NCBI GenBank assembly: GCA_964016885.1
Contig: OZ024746.1
Location: forward strand, 22,072,001 to 22,136,000
Direction of reading: 5' to 3'
Length of the DNA stretch: 64,000 bases
DNA from: Eledone cirrhosa
Taxonomy: Eukaryota
The position numbers and the translations under genes were made by a program. The first letter of the stretch is position 1, and the number at the start of each line of letters is the position of its first letter. Below are positions 1 to 13,044 of the stretch, in pieces. The notes below the pieces were generated by a model, which was given only the letters and a program-made list of their open reading frames with translations, did not search any database and was not told where the DNA came from.

Positions 1-251
1 ATGTATGTATATGTATATATATATATGTATATATATATATGTATGTATATGTATATATATATATGTATGTATATGTATATATATATATGTATGTATATGT
101 ATATATATATATGTATGTATATGTATATATATATATGTATGTATATGTATATATATATATGTATGTATATGTATATATGTATATGTATGTATATGTATAT
201 ATGTATATATATATGTATATATATATATATATGTATATATGTATATGTATG

Positions 252-300
<49 letters not shown>

Positions 301-319
301 GTATATATGTATATGTATG

Positions 320-366
<47 letters not shown>

Positions 367-540
367 GTATATGTATATATGTATATGTATATATATGTAT
401 ATATGTATATGTATATATGTATATATATGTATATATATGTATATATATGTATATATGTGTGTGTGTGTGTATACGTGTAAGTATATATATATATATATGT
501 GTGTGTGTATACGTGTATGTATATATATGTGTGTATGTAA
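1..540. repeat. Compound (TA)n/(TATG)n microsatellite
   Basis: Almost only AT/GT dinucleotide units; the Y/I/M/C ORFs here are artefacts. Confidence 0.97.
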
Positions 541-821
541 ACATATATCAGTTTCTGCACACTTCTAATGTTCCAACACAAGGGAGTATTCAGGACTATT
601 ATGTTTTTCTACCCCAAAATAAGTAAAGACAATATATATTATATCAATAGTTATCATTAAATAGTGGCAATGCTGGAGCACTACTTTCAATGGCATAGTT
701 GATTAGATGAACCCAGTACTTGTTTTTCAAGATATTTGATGTGAATTTGTGAGGTTCATGTTGCCTATAAAAACACACCCATGAGTTAAGTTTCACTTCG
801 GTTTTATTATTAGTCAGGTAA

Positions 822-980
822 TCTTCGCTTTACTTTCTGAGTTCAAATCATGCTAAGGTTAGCTTTGCCTTTCATCCTTATGGGGTCAATAAAAAATAAA
901 GTACCAGTAATACACTGGGGTTGATTTAATCGATTTTCCTCTCCTTACAAATAGTTGCCCTTGTGCCTAAATCAGAAGCT
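822..980 (+). mobile_element. 5'-truncated tRNA-derived SINE (family A, older subtype)
   Basis: B-box GAGTTCAAATC, central GCCTTTCATCCTTATGGGGTCAAT box and family A 3' end; flanked by ATTATTAGTCAGGTAA at 806-821 and 981-996. Confidence 0.85.
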
Positions 981-996
981 ATTATTAGTCAGGTAA

Positions 997-1184
997 TAGG
1001 GCAGTGGATTGGCAGTATCGGTAGAGGGTCGGATGCCATGCTTTGACGCATTGAGTTACGGCCCTTGCCATTCTGAGTTCAAATCCCGCCGAGGTTAACT
1101 TTGCCTTTCATCCTTACGGGGTCGATAAAATAAGTACCAGTAATACACTGGGTAATTGTTGGCCTTGTGCCAAAAGTAGAAACA
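997..1184 (+). mobile_element. Full-length tRNA-derived SINE (family A, ~190 bp)
   Basis: A-box-like TGGCAGTATCGG, B-box GAGTTCAAATCC, 3' end GTAGAAACAATTATT; 16-bp TSD at 981-996 and 1185-1200; many similar copies in the window. Confidence 0.92.
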
Positions 1185-1632
1185 ATTATTAGTCAGGTAA
1201 CTAATTTATTCCTTGGTTAGTTTTGTAACTTGATGTTTATGTCAAAGATATTTCATCACACATCCTGTAACCTTGTCAATGATTATACTTGCTCCTCCAT
1301 GGTGTCTCCTTTTAATTTTAATTTTGTGTTATTTACTGTCTGTCTTTCTATCTGTTTATATTTGTGTGTATGTGTGTGTGTTTGTGTAGATATATGTAGA
1401 TGTGTGTTGTAGATATATGTAGCTGCGTGTGCATATATACAAACCTGTGTGTGTAGATATATGAACCTGCGTGTGAATATATATGTAGCTCTGTGTGTAG
1501 ATATATGTAGCTGTGTATGTAGATATAAGAGCTTGTGTGTGTAGATATATGTACCTGCGAGTATATATGTGATATAACTGATTGCATGTGTTATTGGAGT
1601 ACCAGATCATAAATGTTGTGTGTTATAGCTCT

Positions 1633-1879
1633 TGATAGAATTGATCGACAAATTCTCAGACCTCATTCACTTACCACGTGGGGTGGAACTTGTCAAATCA
1701 GACCAAGGAAACAATGTTTCCATTGGTCTTTCCATTGCTGATGCTATCTACTGGTTGCAACACCTGGCAGAAAAAACAACACAAAATAAAGTCTTGTTCA
1801 AGGACCCAAACCAGGAATTGAACTCGTAACCTTGCGATTATGAATCCAATTCTCTAACCATTAAGCCACATGCCTCCAC
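1633..1879 (-). mobile_element. CORE-type SINE, family C
   Basis: tRNA-like head plus a distinct tail (GGAAACATTGTTTCCTTGGTCTGATTTGAC); related copies at ~7215-7437(-), ~15156-15390(+), ~18213-18330(+), ~54358-54598(-), ~61812-61931(+). Confidence 0.75.
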
Positions 1880-2596
1880 TTTGCTGTAGGCAGCAAAACA
1901 TTATTCTGTATATCTCAGTTCACTGAACTGTCAGAAAGAAGTTGATCATTGGGGAATGCTATCTGGAGAATCTGATGTTCTGTCCACAGGGATAATGTTT
2001 CTTGTATCCACTAAACATTCATCAGGGAACATAGAATCTTTTGGGGACGATCAGGACGTTTACATTACTCTCTCACACACACACACACACCACACATACA
2101 TACATACATACATACATACATACATACATACATACATACATACATACATACATACATACATACATACCACTTCAATTTGTCTCTACTTACTTAATGCCAA
2201 CTATGTTATCCAAGGGAAAGGAAAGTGCTAATACAACATTGCACCAGTGTGATTGTAGGAGCTGCTAGAGTGAAGCTGAAGACAACATTAGTCCCCTTTT
2301 AGGGTCTCCGGCTCCTGATCCAGTACTAGACTTACCTATAAGCTATAGCCTAGAGCCACACACCTTTGGAGACCTCACCTTTTAAAATTTATATTTATCT
2401 TATTAGTTTTTGTTCTTTAACACTAAATCATCAAAAATGATATATATATATAATTTTTTCTTTATCATTAACATTAATATAAAAAATAATAATTACATCA
2501 TCATCATCATCAGGTTTAGCGTCCGTGTTCCATGCTTGCATGGGTTTGGACGGGGGTTTTCCCACTTGAGGCAAGAGTGGTTGTCTTGCTCGCATA

Positions 2597-2940
2597 GGAC
2601 TGTCTGGCGGGTTTTCTACAGCTGGATGCCCTTCCTAACACCAACCACATTTACAGTGTGGGGCTGGGAGGTTTTTACCGTGTTGCCTACACGGCCACAT
2701 TACAGCGTGGACTGTCTGGCGGGTTTTCTACAGCTGGATGCCCTTCCTAACACCAACCACATTTACAGTGTGGGGCTGGGAGGTTTTTACCGTGTTGCCT
2801 ACACGGCCACATTTACAGCGTGGACTGTCTGGCGGGTTTTCTACAGCTGGATGCCCTTCCTAACACCAACCACATTTACAGTGTGGGGCTGGGAGGTTTT
2901 TACCGTGTTGCCTACACGGCCACATTTACAGCGTGGACTG
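2597..2940. repeat. Three tandem ~111-bp units in the RTE 3' UTR
   Basis: GGACTGTCTGGCGGG...ACAGCGT repeated three times; single unit in the copies at 49.4 and 63.1 kb. Confidence 0.9.
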
Positions 2941-3100
2941 TGTGCTTTTTTTGTCGTGACACCTACACGATCTCATTTGTTTCGGCCTGGATGTTGTGGG
3001 ACCAACATAACTTTACATTGAAAGGGGCGGTGTGGATGGGGTGGAGGTGGTGGGACGGGGGGGTGTTTTGATAGAGATGCCTACTGACTGTAGTAGGTTT

Positions 3101-3916
3101 TTACTTTGTATTTAGGTAAGGCGGGTCTTCTCTATTACTGAGTACCGCCAAAGGTCTCGGTCCAGTGACATTGTCTTGGAGAGGTGTGAGGTCGGAATTT
3201 ATCATATCGTCCCAGGTTTTTCTGGGTCTGCCTACTCCGTGGCTACCGTCTATCTTTATTGCCCTGCACTTTGTTATACAGCTGTCGTCTTTCATGCGCA
3301 TCACGTGACCGTACCAACGTAGCCTTCTCTCGAGTAAACAACATCTGATCCCTCTTATTTCTAATTTTTTCCTTAGTACGTTTATGCTTTGCCGTTCACG
3401 TATATTACTATTGCACATCCAGCGGAGCATGCAAGCTTCGTTCCTCTCTAGTCTGCGTATATCCTCTGCACACAATGCCCAGGCCTCACTGCCATGCAGC
3501 ATTGCTGTTCGTATGCAGGCATCGTATAACCTGCCTTTCATTTTTAGGGAGAACCCTCTAGCGGCTAATAGTGGTATAAGCTCTCTGAACTTTTTCCATC
3601 CAGTTCTGACTCTAGCTACTGTACTTTCAGAGCACCCTCCCACACTGCTGATTTTGTCACCCAGGTAACGGAAGCTGTCCACTATTTCTATAGAACCCTC
3701 TGCGCAGTTGAAGGAGCTAGTATTTTGTGGGCACTTGCTGCTACTTATTGCACCAGAGCACTGGCCACATGTAAAATCTATGTTCTTAGTTAGCTTACCT
3801 GTGATCCCACTACATCTTTTATGCACCCATACTTTGCATTTGGGACATAAAATGGAGTTTCTACCTACGCCTTTCCTACACACTGAGCATGGCCATTTCC
3901 CAGAAGGGACAGACAT
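3101..3916 (-). pseudogene. RTE reverse-transcriptase C-terminal fragment with a PHD finger; frameshifted near the C-terminus
   Basis: C4-H-C3 pattern (CSVC..CPKC..H..C..CGQC) upstream of FRYLG; lacks 8 bp (AAGTGTGT) present in the 63.4-kb copy, so the DRDLWR motif is lost. Confidence 0.85.
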
Positions 3917-5711
3917 TTAATAATAATTACAGAGAAGAGCCTCAAATTTTATATAGCCTAGGGCCTCAGCAGGTGAAAGTCTGGCTCTGTCTTGATCTGT
4001 ACTCAAATGAACACCAGTACATTACTGGTGCTGGCATTTTTTCATCAAACACAGGAGGATGGAACCTAGAACATAAACAGCGGAGACAAATGCTGGAAGA
4101 TCTTTCAGCCAACATTCTAACCATTCCCCCATTGACTAATCTATCTGTGTGTGTGTATGTGCGTGTGTGTGTGTGTGTGTTTACATCTATAAGTGTGTGT
4201 ATGTGATTAATTAAAATGTTTTTCACAAATATCCATGTATGTAATCTCATATTTATATACACAACTCTCTCAAACATGTACACACACACATGCATGCATA
4301 GGCATACACATACATACTTTCATATTCACATACATACTCACGTACACACTTGCATATTCACACACATATGCATACTCGTAGTTGAGCGTATGATATTACA
4401 GTTTATATAACATGCTTTTCATTGAAACCAGGAGTTGTGTAAGTAAACTGCTTGCTTATATATACAGTATGTATATAAATATATATGTACACATATATAC
4501 TGCAGTGTAGTATAAACACTGGTTCTATTATCATGAAAGATTGAAGAAGAAAATAATCTGTACATAATAAAACAAAATAGCCAGTTGTGTCACTTCAGTC
4601 CAGTTCTATATTTCAACCACAGGGCCTTATATTCCTTACTACTGTTCATCTCTGATAATAAATAGTTTTAGCAGAAGTTATAATCCCCATCCCCCTGCCT
4701 CATCCTCTCACCTTCCCCATCCCTGACACTTTTCCCTCCGCCACTGATACCAAAAGGCCCGTGGTACATACAGAATACAGAATCACTATTGTTGCAGTAA
4801 CAACTTCACATACACAGAACTTGTTTTGTGTGTGTGTTTAACTTCATTCTGTTCATTAAGGCATAATAATTAAGTCTTGTACACAATATGAGCACACACA
4901 TATAATATATATATATACTGGCATCTATCTATGTATGGACTCTCTATATCAGCCTGTAGGTTGAGGAAAAGGAGGAGGAGAGGAAAGGAGTACAAACTCT
5001 TCGTACTCCTGGAGATGATGGTTGCACATTTTTTCGGGGGTATGTGTTACCCATATAAACTTTCTCCCCCTATTGGGGAAAATCGACTAACTTTTTAAAT
5101 TGCATTTGTGATAACATTTTACACGTTTTTATTGTATTTAAACTTCCCCCTTTGTATTTGTCCCCTTCTTTTGTGCCCCTGTGGCTAATAAAGAAACATA
5201 TCTATGTATGGAAGGTGGTAAAGTGGCAGAGTCAGAACTTGTGATAGAATGCTTTGTGGTATTTGCTCCAATTCCCTACATTCTGAGTTCAAATCCTTAC
5301 TGGCATCAATTCTTCCTCTATATTATCTTCCTCCATTCTCTACCTGTTTTTTTTCTCTGAATTTCACTGGAGGAAATCAGTTCTGTTACTCACGGGAGAG
5401 GGATAGGTTCCACCAGGATTGAGACGGTAGCCCTACGTTTCCATCAGAATTCATAGGCCCATAGCATGGATATATTTGTGTGTGTGTATGTGTCTGTGTT
5501 TGTGTATGAACTGGTCCATTATTTATCATCCCTGAAAGAATGAGAAGCAAAGTTAACCTTGGTGGGATTTGAACTCAAAGCTCAGTGAGGCAGAATAAAT
5601 ACATGGAAGCAGCATTTTATTTGACATTCTAAAATCTCTGCCACCTTGCTGCCTTGACTAAGGAATACAGAGGAAACAAAAACGTCTGCTACCATTCTAT
5701 TATAGATTCCT

Positions 5712-6990
5712 TCAACATCACCATCATCAACATCATAAACATCAACAGCATTACCAACAACATCACCATCATCAACATCATAAACATCAACAGCATTACC
5801 AACAACATCACCATCATCAACATCATAAACATCAACAGCATTACCAACAACATCACCATCATCAACATCATAAACATCAACAGCATTATCAACATCACCA
5901 TCATCAACATCATAAACATCATTAGCATTACCAACATCACCATCAACATCATAAACATCATTAGCATTATCAACATCACCATCATCATCATAAACATCAA
6001 CAGTATTATCAACATCACCATCATCAACATCATAAACATCAACAGCATTATCAACATCACCATCAACATCATAAACATCAACAGCATTACCAACAACATC
6101 ACCATCATCAACATCATAAACATCAACAGTATTATCAAGATCACCATCATCAACATCATAAACATCAACAGCATTATCAACAACATCACCATCATCTACA
6201 TCATAAACATCAACAGCATTATCAACATCACCATCATCATCATAAACATCAACAGCATTACCAACATCAACATCATAAACATCAACAGCATTATCAACAT
6301 CACCATCATCATCATAAACATCATTAGCATTACCAACAACATCACCATCATCAACACCATAAACATCAACAGCATTACCAACAACATCACCATCATCAAC
6401 ATCATAAACATCAACAGCATTATCAACATCACCATCATCATAAACATCAACAGTATTATCAACATCACCATCATCAACATCATAAACATCAACAGCATTA
6501 TCAACATCATCAACATCATAAACATCAACAGCATTACCAACATCACCATCATCATCATAAACATCAACAGTATTATCAACATCACCATCATCTACATCAT
6601 AAACATCAACAGTATTATCAACAACATCACCATCAACATCATAAACATCAACATCATTATCAACATCAACATCATCAACATCATAAACATCAACAGCATT
6701 ATCAACATCACCATCAACATCATAAACATCAACAGTATTATCAACAACATCACCATCATCTATATGATAAACATCAACATCATTAACATCAACAATGATA
6801 TTATCAACATTATCAACAACATGCACAACATTATCAACAACACGACATCAAAAACATCAACATCATCATCAATATCTTCAACATTATCAGCAACAACAAC
6901 AACAAAAACATCAACAATGATATCATTATCAACAACAACAACATCAGTGACAACATCAACAATAACATCAACATCAACACTATCAACATA
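5712..6990. repeat. (CAT/CAA)-based compound minisatellite
   Basis: Recurring ~50-60-bp unit CATAAACATCAACAGCATTA(T/C)CAACATCACCATCATCAACAT varying by triplets. Confidence 0.93.
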
Positions 6991-7661
6991 AGCAACAACA
7001 TCAAGAACATGAATCTATTTAGCAGCATCTACAAGATGACATGAAATGTAATTTATGAGTCACTCCCAACAATTTAACATCTTAATAATGAGAATCATGT
7101 GTACCAGATCCTAAATATTTGGACTACATAATTATGTAATCATTACATGACTGTCGAATCATTTTATCATTAAAACATTATCTGATAGTTTTTAGGGTTT
7201 TTTTTTTTTATCTGAATCGACAAAATTCCAGACCTCATTTGCATATAAACTTTGGTGGAACTCATCAGATCAGACCAAGGAAACAATGTTTACTGATACT
7301 ATCTACTGATCACAACTCTTTGCAGAAGGGGCAATGTGAAATAAAGGGTTTTGACCAAGGAGATAATGCATAACCCAGCCCAGGAATGGAACTTACAACC
7401 TCGTGAAACGTTCTAACCACTAAGCCATGCGCCTTCACTGACAGAGTAATAGTCAATAACAAAATGTATTTATTTTTTGTGTATCATAAATAGTGACAGT
7501 TACTTATATGTTTGACCCTGCTGGGTATTTTTGAAATAATTGTCACTATTTATTATTCAGAATATAGAATATATATCCTCATCAAACATTCATTTTTTTC
7601 CCCTCTAGCAAAATTTTGCAGGGATATGGTGTACCTATTCTAAAAACTGGAATATACAGCA

Positions 7662-7717
<56 letters not shown>

Positions 7718-8394
7718 ATAAATTAACAGAGCCATAGGCCTTCGCTATTCCCTGTAATTAATGTGCTCAAAGGAGAAAAAATCCTGAACTCTTTAACTGG
7801 TGGTTTTTTTCCCTGCTTTATTGATAGCGCACTGTATATCTCTTTCTGGTGTGTTACCTTTTCAACATATTGTATTTTATATATATATATATATATATAA
7901 AGAAAAAAAAGAGAAACGGTATCATGAGTACATATTCAGTTTACTACATTATCCTGTTTTGCACATTTTAAAGACATTAAAGCCATTATGTAACAATTAT
8001 TAGATCTTTTCTGATCAGACAGGTATTTATATGTAATAGTATTTTGTTTTTGATATATTAGTATGGAACTCGATGTTAACTGTCTGGCTACAAGTATATA
8101 TATGAATCAATAAATATATATATATTTATATAAAAAGCTCCCAGTCCACACTGTAAATGTGGTTAGTGTTAAGAAGGGCATCCAGCTGTAAAAAAAACTG
8201 CCAGAGACACTTCCGTATGAGCGAGACACGGTCTCCCAACCATTCCTGCATCAAATGGAACAAAACCGTCTAACCCATGCTAGCGTGGAAGATGGGCATT
8301 AAACGATGATGATGATATCAGGATAGAACAAGTTTAAAACTATTAAGATCATTACTCAACAGAGTACTTGACACTTGTGGTAGTAGTGTATGAC

Positions 8395-8503
8395 TATATT
8401 ATAAAGAGCTGACCCGATGGTTGAACTCTTGTCATTTCAACAGCTAGTTCCAGACTAGCTGTTGAAATGGCTCAGCTGACAGGACCCGGCTCTTTATAAT
8501 ATA
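8395..8503. mobile_element. Small palindromic MITE-like element
   Basis: Outer IR TATATTATAAAGAGC / GCTCTTTATAATATA; inner 15-bp hairpin CATTTCAACAGCTAG / CTAGCTGTTGAAATG; related sequence at ~48305-48412 and ~50498-50550. Confidence 0.65.
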
Positions 8504-8519
8504 TATATATATAATTTAT

Positions 8520-8559
<40 letters not shown>

Positions 8560-8625
8560 ATCAGTCCAACTTCCACCCACCCAATCAAATTTGAGCAACT
8601 TAGTGGTCTGTGTAAGCAAAATAAT

Positions 8626-8811
8626 TGTTTCTATTTTAGGCACAAGGCCAGCAATTACCCAGTACATTACTGGTACTTTATTTTATCGACCCCGTAAGGA
8701 TGAAAGGCAAAGTTAACCTCGGCGGGATTTGAACTCAGATCATAAAGGGACGTAACTTTATGCTTCAAAGCATGGTGTCCGACTCTCTACCGATACTGCC
8801 AATCCACCGCC
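8626..8811 (-). mobile_element. SINE family A
   Basis: Full reverse copy; 18-bp TSD CTGTGTAAGCAAAATAAT at 8608-8625 and 8812-8829. Confidence 0.92.
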
Positions 8812-8954
8812 CTGTGTAAGCAAAATAATGTAATGATGTTTGTAAATTTGTTAGTACGCCTTATATATATATATATATAATTGGTGTTGGATGCTTAAAG
8901 TGAAAGGCCGTTTGAGCACTCGATGCATTTTGGAAACTCTGCTTCGTAGAATCG

Positions 8955-9051
8955 AGACCTATCTGAGCACCTTGCAATTTCAGAGTCAGGTTAGATAATT
9001 ACAACGATCGTGCCTCGAGTTGGTCGCCAGAGAAACGATTGTAATATGTCT
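8955..9051 (+). ncRNA. Degenerate type I hammerhead-ribozyme-like motif
   Basis: Stem I AGACCTAT/ATATGTCT (7/8), mutated core CTGAGCA, then GAAA-CGATTG-TA; homologous to 47841-47928. Confidence 0.45.
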
Positions 9052-9112
9052 AATAAATTTTATTCGTTGCAACACTGATTCTCCAGATTCTCCATTTCTT
9101 ATGTGATATATA

Positions 9113-9388
9113 TGCAATCGAAAGGTTGTGAGTTCAATTCTCAGACTGCGAGCAAGGCACTTTATTTCACATTGCTCCAGTTTACTCAGCTGTAGAAATG
9201 AGATGATAGGGACTGGGGTCCCTATCATTCCACTGCAAAGTGGTCGTGGAGGTGCCACGGCAAAAAAGCACCCAACACTCACTGTAAATGAGGTTGGTGT
9301 TAGGAAGGGCATCCAGCTGTAGAAATCAAGCCAGAATCAGTTCCCGTCCCACCCTTGCAAGCAGGGAAAAGCGGACGTAAAATGAAAA
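9113..9388 (+). mobile_element. CORE-type SINE family B with RTE-like tail (5'-truncated)
   Basis: B-box GAGTTCAATTC, CORE-like AGGCACTTTATTTCACATTGCTCCAGTTTACTCAGCTGTAGAAATG, tail shared with the RTE 3' UTR. Confidence 0.88.
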
Positions 9389-9622
9389 AAAAATATATAT
9401 ATATATATATATATCATCATCATCATCGTTTAACATCCCTTTTTCCTGCTAGCAAAAGTGATATATATATATATATATATATGTGTGTGTATATACTTGT
9501 ATATTGTATATTTACTTAAACATGATAACATGTTTCATTATATCAACTAGATGATAACTGTGTGTAAACTTTATAAACACATATGCTCTGATACATTCAT
9601 TCATGCATATGTTTCCCTTTCA

Positions 9623-9678
<56 letters not shown>

Positions 9679-10634
9679 TGATAAGTACAATTTACTATTG
9701 CAAGCAGCAGGGGCTGAGAACTAATATTTAGCTTAGCTAGCAGGGGTTTCAGCTGGAATCTACTCATGGATACACAAAAAAAAAAAAAAAAAAAATAATG
9801 ATGACTATAAATAAGTAAATACAGAAAAGTGAAGTGGGGAAAAAATGGGACTGAATTTATCTGGGCCTATTCACACTAGGATGGTTCTGAATGCTGCACC
9901 CCATAAGATCAACACAAACTAAGGAAGGATCCCCTATGTGGTTGGTTGACTTGATCAAAATATCAGCCAAATATTCTAATATCACACCTGAGCTAGTTTT
10001 TTTTAAAGGGTTAAGATGATAGGGGCCAGTTTGAGTGGGATTTAGCTAATCTTTCTAGTAGGTTAAATAAGCCTGTAGATGGTGTCTTTCTTTGAATGTG
10101 TATATTATAAACCAGTAGTAATACAAGAACTATATCTACACTGGAGCCATTTCACTTCTTACAGCTTATCTAGATAGCCATCATGGCTCTAGTTCTCACC
10201 AGCCATTCAGTGGGACCAGTCAAGTTGATCAGCCACAACCCACATCTCCAGACACAGACATGGCACCACAGATCTTTAATAAAGTCCCAGCTATTTATCA
10301 AATATTTGGTGACTCATTCAGTTTCGTATCTGTGTAGCTTTATTTACCATTTCTAATAACCAATGACTTTGTCTCACTTCAAAAAGTGGGTGGATTGCTG
10401 AATGTTTGTGTGTATGTATATGTGTATATTCATGTATATATATGTATGTGCATATATATATATGTATTTTTGTATGAGCGTGTGTATATATGCACGTGTG
10501 TGTGTGTGTGTGTGTGTGTGCTTGTGCATGTATGGTGTATGTATAGATATATGTATTTTTGTATGTATGTGTGTATATATGTGGTGTGTGTGTAATAGTG
10601 TGTATGTTTGCGTGTATATTTGTATATATGTTAT

Positions 10635-11220
10635 GTCAGGTTACCAGTTGGTGCTACTGGTCCCATGGTCGGGTCATTGGTGACTAAACTGGCAACCCCA
10701 CCAAGGTTTCTTGGTGAGGAGGGTGACTTTGGACATCCTGCAGGAATAAAAACAAAACCTGTCAAAGGGCAAAGGAGCTCTTAAGAGTCAATGGCCATCC
10801 AAAATCACCGGGAGAGATGACCCCTTAGCCTTTGTCAAGGCAGAATTCTAGGAAAAGGAAAACTCTGATATAACACCTGCAACCCTGATGGTATCCAATG
10901 ATGTTGACTTGTTCTTCTTTTTGGTAAATATCATATTGGTTAAGAGAGTGGGACTGGCTTTGTTCAGTGCCTTTGCTCACTATAAAAGCTTCACGGCACA
11001 GGCATTGCTTTATATCTGGAGATCTCTCTGCACTTGTCGTCACATGGTACCATGGGCCCAGCACTATGTGTCATTAATTGTCACAAGTGTAGTGTTTGTA
11101 CCAGAGTTTTCAAGTCGCTGGCTGGACTAAAAAGTCACACTCGTTCAGCGCATTGGTAGAGGTTCTCCTACATGGATATAAAGTAGTGGCCGTACTCGAA
11201 AATGAGTTGGCAGCCACCAT
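10635..11220 (+). mobile_element. Non-coding retroelement resembling an RTE 5' UTR derivative; partial tandem copy at ~11328-11695
   Basis: Two homologous copies sharing AAGAGTCAA(T/C)GGCCATCC...TAGCCTTTGTCA...GGCAGCCA; CTAGGAAAAGGAAAACTCTGAT resembles RTE 5' UTRs from memory. Confidence 0.55.
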
Positions 11221-11998
11221 ATATATATATATGTATATATGTATGTATATGTATGTATGGTTGCATGTATGTATGCATGCATGTATATATGAGCATATGT
11301 ATGTATGTGTGTATGTATGTATGTGACCCATAAGAGTCAACGGCCATCCGAAAGTGTGTAAATATGTATATACACATATACCACACGGTTAATCCACTGG
11401 AGTGAAGGACCTCTAGCCTTTGTCAGGGCATTCTTCTAGGAGAAGGCAATTCAGGAAACTGGGTTGACTCCGATATAAAATCTGCGGCTCAGTAGTTACC
11501 GATGATGTTGATCTTTTCTTCTTTTCAGGTTATAACTACTGTCGCTCAGAGAGTGGGATTGGCTCAGTGCACAGTCATTCCTCACTTTAAAAAATATCTT
11601 CACGCACAGGCATTGCATGATAGAATAAATTAATAATTATTAATAATGGTATATCGTGCAATGGCCATACTCGATAATGAGGGGGCAGCCATCATGTATG
11701 TATGTATATATAAATATATATATATATGTATGTATGTATGTATGTAACAAGAGATAGACAGTAAGGTATATATAATAACCAATCACTCTCCTCCTTAATG
11801 TCCTATTAAAAAAAACATTTGTATCAATTTTCTTAACAAGTGACTAGTTTAACTAGAACATATCACAGCGATACTCTGGCCATATCTGTGTATGTGTGTA
11901 TGTTTGCATGTATGTTTGTATGTATGGGTATATGTGTGTGTGTATGTATGTATGTATGTATGTATGTATGAACATAATGTACCATACACACACATATA

Positions 11999-12044
<46 letters not shown>

Positions 12045-12091
12045 ATCCTTGCAAACATGTAAAACAGATGTAAAAACGATATGTATGTATG

Positions 12092-12164
<73 letters not shown>

Positions 12165-12293
12165 AATGAAAATCCATTAACAAAAAGACACAAGATAGGT
12201 TATGTATGTATACATCATCATTTAACATCTGTTTTCTCTGCTACCATATATATATGTGTGTGTACACACACATATATATATATGTATATGTGT

Positions 12294-12341
<48 letters not shown>

Positions 12342-12841
12342 GTGTGTGTATATATATGGAGGGAGATATAAATAGCTACGCATACACATACATATAAATA
12401 GCTACACATAGATGTTTAGTATATATTTATACACGCCATGCTCACTTTAAGCCTCTGTCATGTTGAATGTTGGGTGGTGCTGTTAAAATCCTGGATAATC
12501 ACTGATACATCTGAAGATAAATTCAATCCACCCTTGAAATATATATATATATACTTTCACATTGGACTGCTATTAATAAACTACATTTCTTATTGATTTC
12601 ATTGCTAATCATTGATCTCAAACTGAAAGACCCGTGCCCCTATACATGCTCATACATACACATACATACACACTTACACATACATAGACATACACACATA
12701 CACATATGCACACTTATTACAACTATACATAATGAAGTATATCTTTGTCATGTTTTAACCTGTGTACAAATATTTGTGTTTCATCATCATCATCATCATT
12801 TTACGTCCACTTTTCCCTGCTTGCAAAATACCTACATACAT

Positions 12842-12911
<70 letters not shown>

Positions 12912-13008
12912 GCTGCCTGGCTACACACGTATTTTTTCTCAGAATTCTTTTCCATTCCTTCTCTTCTCACTCTCTATCTTTCTATTTCATCTTTTATTTC
13001 TCATTCTA

Positions 13009-13044
13009 TCTTCTGATGAAAGACTAATGTCCGAAACATAAAGA
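13009..13044 (+). ncRNA. Decayed minimal hammerhead-like motif (Penelope-like remnant)
   Basis: TCTT-CTGATGA-A-AGAC TAAT GTCC-GAAA-CATA-AAGA: stem I TCTT/AAGA, canonical core, near-intact stem II. Confidence 0.55.

Larger units (their letters stand above)
2498..3918 (-). mobile_element. 5'-truncated RTE-clade non-LTR retrotransposon (3' part of RT ORF, 3' UTR, (GAT)n tail)
   Basis: Protein motifs EIVDSFRYLG, LHGSEAW, RRLRWYGHVMRM and GRPRKTW; (CAT)n at 2496-2512 on plus; 13-bp TSD AATAATAATTACA at 2485-2497 and 3919-3931. Confidence 0.93.
2321..3989. mobile_element. hAT-like non-autonomous DNA element interrupted by an RTE LINE
   Basis: Imperfect TIRs CAGTACTAGACTT / AAGTCTGGCTCTG; 8-bp TSD TCCTGATC (2313-2320) / TCTTGATC (3990-3997); uninterrupted internal sequence seen at ~53866-54049. 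Confidence 0.7.

Noticed and set aside
5582-6991. Asp/Val-rich 414-aa and Ile/Asn-rich 445-aa ORFs as biomineralisation-type proteins
   Set aside because: Triplet-based CAT/CAA satellite open on both strands; no signal peptide or other gene context.
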